From positions 1 through 30,203 of the forward strand of contig JACOZN010000021.1 in NCBI GenBank assembly GCA_016181305.1: a stretch of 30,203 bases of DNA. Direction: 5' to 3'. This document shows, one piece after another, positions 24,853 to 30,203 of the stretch. A program made the position numbers and the translations under genes. The DNA is from Candidatus Woesearchaeota archaeon. Lineage in GTDB: Archaea > Nanobdellota > Nanobdellia > Woesearchaeales > GW2011-AR4. Under the pieces are notes generated by a model. It did no database searches and had not been told where the DNA came from. It saw only the letters and a program-made list of their open reading frames with translations. The first letter of the stretch is position 1. Each line of letters opens with the position of its first letter.

Positions 24853-25310
24853 CTTAGCTTCTTCTCCATATAATAAACTATTAATTTCTGATTTTTTATT
24901 GAGAATTTTGTTTTTCTGACAATTCTGTAACCATGCATTTTATAAAAATCTTTTGCTGTTATGGTAGAATACATATAAAATTTTTTAATCCCTTTTTGTT
25001 TAGCAGATTCTTCTAGTTTTTTAAGCAGCAAATAGCCAGCGCCTTTTCCTTGATACTCCTTGTGTACATAAAGTCCAGCTAATTCACCTTCTTTTTTAAA
25101 ATCTCCATAGCCAACTATTTTACCGTTATCTACAGCAACAAAACGATAAAACATATCAATAGAATTTCTAAATCTTTTTGCTGACGTTCTGTCCGCCCAA
25201 ATTTTGATTTGCTTTTGAGGATAATCTTTACTATTAACAAATCTTATCGTATTGCGATGCATTCTTGCCACTTCTGCAGCATCAGAAATTCTAAATTTTC
25301 TAGCATGCAT
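24849..25310 (-). CDS. GNAT-family N-acetyltransferase
   Basis: LYVHKEYQGKGAG acetyl-CoA motif A; AKDFYKMHGY. Confidence 0.9.
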   Translation of the reverse strand: MHARKFRISDAAEVARMHRNTIRFVNSKDYPQKQIKIWADRTSAKRFRNSIDMFYRFVAVDNGKIVGYGDFKKEGELAGLYVHKEYQGKGAGYLLLKKLEESAKQKGIKKFYMYSTITAKDFYKMHGYRIVRKTKFSIKNQKLIVYYMEKKLR

Positions 25311-25319
25311 TGTATTAAC

Positions 25320-25548
25320 TTAGATCCCCAGCGCAATCTTCGCTTCCTCAGTCATCTTTTCAGGGCTCCAGACAGGGCTGAATGTCAAGTCAATGGCAAC
25401 TTCGCCAACGCCTTCAATTGCAGAAACCTGCCTTCGTACATCGTCCATAAGCTGCGGCCCGTAAGGGCACATCGGTGTTGTGAAAGTCATCAGTATCTTT
25501 ACTTTGCTGCCTTCAATCTCAATGTTGCTCTTTCTCAACCATAGCCAT
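25320..25548 (-). pseudogene. DUF59/MIP18 (Fe-S assembly, PaaD-like) protein with internal deletion and frameshift near 25525
   Basis: The C-terminal part MTFTTPMCPYGP...VWSPEKMTEEAKIALGI is typical. The natural N-terminus M(AM)VEKEQ is in another frame, and the DPEL-containing segment is missing. Confidence 0.7.
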
Positions 25549-25585
25549 AGCAATCTTTTTATGCTATAAAAATGTTTTGACTCAT

Positions 25586-27016
25586 ATGGCAGGCTGGTGC
25601 ACTATACAATACCTAAGCCCTGGGAAAATAATAAAATTACAAGACAGGCTGTTGAGAAATTTTATCAGAAACCAAATCCCATACAATCCTTTCTATTATA
25701 AATTATTCAAGAAAAACAAGATAAATTTTTCAGGCATAAAAACAACAGAAGACCTGAAAAAACTCCCGTTTACTGCAAAGGAAGACATTGCCCCGACTGA
25801 AAAGCAGCCTGAAAAATCCCTTGATTTTGTGCTGCAGCCAAACAAGCAGTTGATAAGCCGGTATGCTTCATTGAATAAAAAAATAAAAATAATATTCAAC
25901 AAAAACCAGCTATATCATGAATACAAGCCATGCCATATTCATTTTACAACAGGAAGAACGGCAAATGCAACACCTGTTTTTTACACAGCCTATGACATGC
26001 AAAGGCTGGAGGAAAGCGGCAGAAGGATGATTAATGTGCTGGATGTTTCCGCTAACGACATTGTCATCAATGCCTTTCCTTACGCGCCTCATCTGGCTTT
26101 TTGGCAGACATTTTATGCCGCAAAAGGCACAAATTTGCTTTGCCTGCATACAGGCGGGGGAAAAATTTTAGGCACAGACAAAATAATAAAGTCGATTGAA
26201 GGCATGAAAGCAAACTGCCTTGCGGGCATGCCCGGATACCTCTACCACCTAATAAGGACTGCAAAAGAGCGAAAAAGCAATTTCAGAAATCTGAATCTGG
26301 TTGTTTTCGGCGGCGAGAGGGTAGCTCCTGGTTTAAGGGACAAGGTAAAAAGTGATTTAGCTTCGGCTGGCTCAGAAAATCCAAGAGTTTTGTCAACATA
26401 TGCCTTTACAGAGGGAAAAGCAGCCTGGGTTGAGTGCAATGAGGAATCAGGCTACCATCTTTACCCTGATTTTGAGTTCATAGAAGTTGTTGACAAAAAC
26501 GGGGAAAGGGTGAATGAAGGAGAAAAAGGCGAGATTGTTTATACCTCTTTAGATTGGCGCGGCTCTGTTTTTTTAAGATATAAAACCGGAGACATAACAA
26601 AAGGCTTGTATTATGAAAAATGCCATCATTGCGGAAGAACTTTGCCAAGGATTGACGCTGCTATTGAAAGAAGCTCTGAATACAGGGAATTTGCCTTGAC
26701 TAAAATAAAAGGCAGCTTTGTCAACCTTAATGCCTTCTTTTCCATAATGGCTCATAAAGGTATTGAGGAATGGCAAGTTGAGATAAGAAAGAAAAACAAT
26801 GATCCATATGAAATCGACGAGCTTGTTGTTTATGTTGCACCGAAGAAGAAGGCTAATTTTGAGAAATTAAAGAATGAGCTGAAAAATAAAATAATTGCAG
26901 AAACTGAAGTAACACCGGCAATTGTAAAGGCAGAATTGAAAGCATTGCTGCAAAAACTAGGAATGGAAACAGAACTGAAGGAGAAAAGGATTGTTGATAA
27001 TAGGAAAAAGATTTAA
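25586..27016 (+). CDS. Phenylacetate-CoA ligase (PaaK)-like adenylate-forming enzyme
   Basis: LKKLPFTAKED, YAFTE, HLYPDFEFIEVV, GEKGEIVYTSL...FLRYKTGD. The P-loop is divergent (HFTTGRTANATP). Likely start ATG 25586. Confidence 0.8.
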   Translation: MAGWCTIQYLSPGKIIKLQDRLLRNFIRNQIPYNPFYYKLFKKNKINFSGIKTTEDLKKLPFTAKEDIAPTEKQPEKSLDFVLQPNKQLISRYASLNKKIKIIFNKNQLYHEYKPCHIHFTTGRTANATPVFYTAYDMQRLEESGRRMINVLDVSANDIVINAFPYAPHLAFWQTFYAAKGTNLLCLHTGGGKILGTDKIIKSIEGMKANCLAGMPGYLYHLIRTAKERKSNFRNLNLVVFGGERVAPGLRDKVKSDLASAGSENPRVLSTYAFTEGKAAWVECNEESGYHLYPDFEFIEVVDKNGERVNEGEKGEIVYTSLDWRGSVFLRYKTGDITKGLYYEKCHHCGRTLPRIDAAIERSSEYREFALTKIKGSFVNLNAFFSIMAHKGIEEWQVEIRKKNNDPYEIDELVVYVAPKKKANFEKLKNELKNKIIAETEVTPAIVKAELKALLQKLGMETELKEKRIVDNRKKI

Positions 27017-27041
27017 GTATCTGCTTATCTTTACAGTTGAT

Positions 27042-27683
27042 ATGGCACAAAAACCTGAGCTTTTAAAATTCTGGAAGGATAATTTTGGCTTTAAAGATGC
27101 CGAGCTAAACGCATTTAGGGAAGTCCACAGGGAAGAGTTTATACCTCAAGAGCTTAGGAATGCGGCTTACCATGACATGCCTCTGCCTTTGCTGAGGGGC
27201 AAGACAATTTCCCAGCCTACAACAGTCATGATAATGACTCATGCACTGGAATTGCAGAAAGGCGAGAAGGTTTTTGAAGTTGGCACAGGCTCCGGGTATC
27301 AGGCAGCGATAATTGCAAAAATAGTGGGTGAAAAAGGCAAAGTCATAACAACAGAGGTTGTGCCCGAGCTTGTGAGCTTTGCAAGGCAGAATTTGAAGAG
27401 AGCAGGCATAAAAAATGTGAATATTTATGAGGAAGACGGCTCAAAGGGCATGCCTTCAGAAGCGCCTTTTGACAAAATCATAATAACAGCGGCATGCAAA
27501 GAGTTTCCAAAGCCTTTATTGGAGCAGCTAAAGCCGGAAGGCATTATAGTAGGGCCTGTCGGCAGCCAGCAGGAGCAGGAGATGATTCGGGGAGTGAAGG
27601 GCAAGGGCGGGCGCATCGAGCTGGAGTTTCTGGGGCCGTTTTTATTCACCCCAATGTACGGCAGGTACGGGTTTGAGGATTAG
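27042..27683 (+). CDS. pcm: Protein-L-isoaspartate O-methyltransferase
   Basis: HREEF, AYHDMPLP, TISQP, FEVGTGSGYQAA, APFDKIIITAA, IVGPVG. Confidence 0.92.
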   Translation: MAQKPELLKFWKDNFGFKDAELNAFREVHREEFIPQELRNAAYHDMPLPLLRGKTISQPTTVMIMTHALELQKGEKVFEVGTGSGYQAAIIAKIVGEKGKVITTEVVPELVSFARQNLKRAGIKNVNIYEEDGSKGMPSEAPFDKIIITAACKEFPKPLLEQLKPEGIIVGPVGSQQEQEMIRGVKGKGGRIELEFLGPFLFTPMYGRYGFED

Positions 27684-30203
27684 CCAAGCTTTATTATAAC
27701 AGAGCCGTTTATTCTTTCCATATAATTGGTTGCTGTTGTTAAAGTTCCTTCCAGCTGGAGTTTCTTCTTAATCCTATCAAGTTTTGTTTCCTGCTTTGAT
27801 TTTTCTTGTTTTATACCATCCAAATCAATTTCATAATCTTTTTCTATTTCTTCTATATCTTTATCATCCTCTTCCAATAATCTTTCCTCGTTTATGTTTG
27901 AGATTGCATTTGATGTTGTTATCTGGATGAAGGCTGAAATCATTCCTTCAGGGCTGTTTAATGGCTCAAGTGCCCTGCCTATAAGCACAACAGAATCTTC
28001 GTCTGCCTTCATCGCATAGCCTGCTTTTGAAGACGCTGTTAGGTAATCTCCCGGGAGTATGTTGCCGTTTTCATTGGTTGCCTTGAGGAAAGTGATTGAG
28101 TTATGGGTTGCAATTATTGCGTGCTCCCCCTTGTTTGTCATCCCATTGCTTTGGTTGCTTTTCGGGCTTTCAGGAGACTTTTCAAAAACAACACCCACAA
28201 TGTTGATGTCATTCTTGCTTTTTGCCTTCACAGCCTTGAATATCGGAATGTTGTTGCCGGTCATGTTCTCATCAACACCATTAAAGCTTATGCTCACCAA
28301 GTCTCCTTTCTCCAGAGGCTCATCGCCGTCATTTTTCACTATATCTCCAAGGAAGCCTGTTTTAGTTCCTGTTGTCCTCAAGTTGCCTGTGACATCCAAA
28401 GTGAAGGCTGGAGATGTTGTATTGATGCCGACGTTGCCGGAATCAGTAATTCTCATTCTTTCCGTAAGCGAGCCAGATGATGCTTTAGTAGCAAATGTCA
28501 GATGTGCTGCGTTTTCGGATGTGCCTGATGCCATTGCAAGCACTTGGGCAACAAAGGTCTGTGTCGCAGAACCGGCGATAAACCGTATCGCACTTACATC
28601 ATCTCCGTTGGCAACAGCATCGCTCTTAATGCTCATCTCTAGGTAACCGCCGAGTGCACTTTCAATTGTAAGTGCTTTGGCAGCGCCAATACTAGTTAAA
28701 GGAGTTACCGTCGTCCCGATGCCGATGTTTCCGTCTTTGTCAATGCGCATTTTCTCAATTACAGCACCGGCTCCTGTAGCTGTCCAAAATGTAAGGCTCC
28801 CTCCATTCGTACCTGCCCCAAAGGTCTCAAGGGCAATCCGTGCTCTTTCTAAATTAGAACCATCCAAAGGACCATCAGACCAGAACTCAATCTGATTGAG
28901 ATCTCCATGATTCACAGTTGTGTCCGCTCCAAGCCGCAGCATGCTGAGGTTTCCAGGTCCATCCTTATGAACTTCAAATCTCGCTGTCTCTGGGGTGCCT
29001 CCAATGCCGACTCTTCCATTAGTTGTATCAACATCAAATATTGTGCTTCCTTCTTTTGATTTCACTTGGAATGCAGTTGTCGAGTTTGTTACAGAGCTGT
29101 GTATAAATGTTCCATTGCTATGGAGAGTTGCTGCAGGGCCTGTAGTTCCGATGCCGACGTTGCCAGCAGAGGTTATTCTCATCCGCTCTGCAGGGTTATT
29201 TGCACTTCCGGCATAGAATACTAAAGCTCCTGTGCTGATGGCTGTGTCTGTTATGCCCTCTATGGCTGACAAGTTGAAGTTAGCGCCTGCAGTGTTACCG
29301 AATATCAATCTGCCAAGAGGCCTGCCGGCACTATCCGAGTGCCCTATGATTTCTACTGCTGCAGTATCCTCAGAATTACCTGCCTGAAGTGTAAGTGCCA
29401 TCGTATTTTTATTGACATTTATTGCACTAGTTCCGGGCGTTAGTATGCCTACGCTGCTAGAACTTGAATTTACAAATAATGTACCACTTAAATTTACACT
29501 ACGCCCGTCTGTTCCTGAAGCAACTTGCAGTAAGTAGTTTGGAGATGCCGTCCCGATGCCGACGTTGCCTGATGTTGCATTAGCAACCAGAGTATTTGTC
29601 CCGACTAATAAAGTGCCATCCAATCTTGAAATGCCATCATCCACCCACAAGGCATAATTGTTTTCTCCTTCTGTTGGCGTATTCCTAACATAAAGAGTTA
29701 CAGCGTTGGTGAGTGTGCCGGGATTTTGGATATTAGGCTCGTCAACACGAAGAGAAGAAATGGTAGTATGGGTTCCTTCTTGAACATTTATGCCGCCATC
29801 CAAATCAATGAAAGCAGCGTCATTCGTGTGGCCCGCCGGCAGAGTAAGCGTGGACAACAGCCTCATAAAGGAAGCCGCCTCAGAGGTGGTTGGGACAGTA
29901 TACGAACCAATTGAGAAAGCGGTTTCAGGACGCTCATTATTGTCATTGATATGTATGGGCCCATTTACATCTAAGGTAGATTTAGGATTCGCAAATCCAA
30001 TCCCGACACTTCCATTTGTCCCATTCACATAAAGCACATTGCTCAAATTAACGCTTCTTCCGTCAGTGCCGGATGCAACCTGCAACAAATAGTTAGGAGA
30101 AGTCGTCCCAATCCCAACCCTATCGCCAGTAGCATCCACAAACAAAGTATTGCCATCAATCGATAAGTTCCCATCAACAGAAAGATTGCCCTTAATAGAA
30201 ACA
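27680..30203 (-). CDS. Large tail-fibre/adhesin-like protein with GNVGIGT repeats (5' end beyond the window)
   Basis: The frame stays open to the window edge. Multiple G(N/R)VGIGT modules, ERMRI linkers, a C-terminal LEKGDLV...PGDYL...GYAMKA...IGRALE domain, an acidic linker and terminal GSVIIKLG. Confidence 0.8.
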   Translation of the reverse strand, partial: VSIKGNLSVDGNLSIDGNTLFVDATGDRVGIGTTSPNYLLQVASGTDGRSVNLSNVLYVNGTNGSVGIGFANPKSTLDVNGPIHINDNNERPETAFSIGSYTVPTTSEAASFMRLLSTLTLPAGHTNDAAFIDLDGGINVQEGTHTTISSLRVDEPNIQNPGTLTNAVTLYVRNTPTEGENNYALWVDDGISRLDGTLLVGTNTLVANATSGNVGIGTASPNYLLQVASGTDGRSVNLSGTLFVNSSSSSVGILTPGTSAINVNKNTMALTLQAGNSEDTAAVEIIGHSDSAGRPLGRLIFGNTAGANFNLSAIEGITDTAISTGALVFYAGSANNPAERMRITSAGNVGIGTTGPAATLHSNGTFIHSSVTNSTTAFQVKSKEGSTIFDVDTTNGRVGIGGTPETARFEVHKDGPGNLSMLRLGADTTVNHGDLNQIEFWSDGPLDGSNLERARIALETFGAGTNGGSLTFWTATGAGAVIEKMRIDKDGNIGIGTTVTPLTSIGAAKALTIESALGGYLEMSIKSDAVANGDDVSAIRFIAGSATQTFVAQVLAMASGTSENAAHLTFATKASSGSLTERMRITDSGNVGINTTSPAFTLDVTGNLRTTGTKTGFLGDIVKNDGDEPLEKGDLVSISFNGVDENMTGNNIPIFKAVKAKSKNDINIVGVVFEKSPESPKSNQSNGMTNKGEHAIIATHNSITFLKATNENGNILPGDYLTASSKAGYAMKADEDSVVLIGRALEPLNSPEGMISAFIQITTSNAISNINEERLLEEDDKDIEEIEKDYEIDLDGIKQEKSKQETKLDRIKKKLQLEGTLTTATNYMERINGSVIIKLG

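Noticed and set aside
24527-25310. Genomic island integrated at tRNA-Val
   Set aside because: The GNAT gene is AT-richer, but no duplicate of the tRNA 3' end and no adjacent integrase were found.
846-30032. Numerous short overlapping opposite-strand or alternate-frame ORFs in the track (e.g. 5909..6292, 8897..9301, 9451..9816, 15450..15881, 20359..20577, 22617..23042, 24541..24726, 28059..28646)
   Set aside because: They overlap well-supported genes or the tRNA and show no motifs or SD sites.

Overview
Archaeal chromosomal window, most likely a DPANN (Woesearchaeota-like) genome. This is an inference from rpoL, a PAC2 proteasome chaperone, a RecJ/GAN-like DHH protein, XPD, GGTGA-type Shine-Dalgarno motifs, TATA/BRE promoters and a tRNA-Val(CAC) without encoded CCA. 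Three regions stand out against the housekeeping background. (1) 12.8-15.2 kb: an intact Xer-type tyrosine recombinase lacking the IntI-specific insertion is transcribed divergently from two AT-rich orphan genes. These genes sit in a dense lattice of non-coding repeats: an 11-bp half-site family [G/C]TTCGYCTAAT (once in dif-like AAT-N4-ATTA geometry), gene-specific perfect inverted repeats, CATTAACT direct repeats with a shared leader, and branched hairpin tails. This looks like an integron-like or dif-module gene-cassette system. (2) 0-4.7 kb: an exported thiol-redox/metal cluster (frameshifted ccdA, two membrane proteins sharing the C-terminal tail LPSMVGGC, a GGGC lipoprotein, a CxxT thioredoxin-like protein, a triple-CxxC protein and a His-rich protein). 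(3) Small features missed by the ORF track: two tandem mini-proteins with class III (pilin-type) signal peptides, a 50-aa zinc ribbon, an ATTCCCAA repeat cluster upstream of a coiled-coil/wHTH gene pair, and two genes with apparent internal deletions. The window ends inside a large GNVGIGT-repeat tail-fibre/adhesin-like gene. All product calls come from motif recognition by eye, not database searches.
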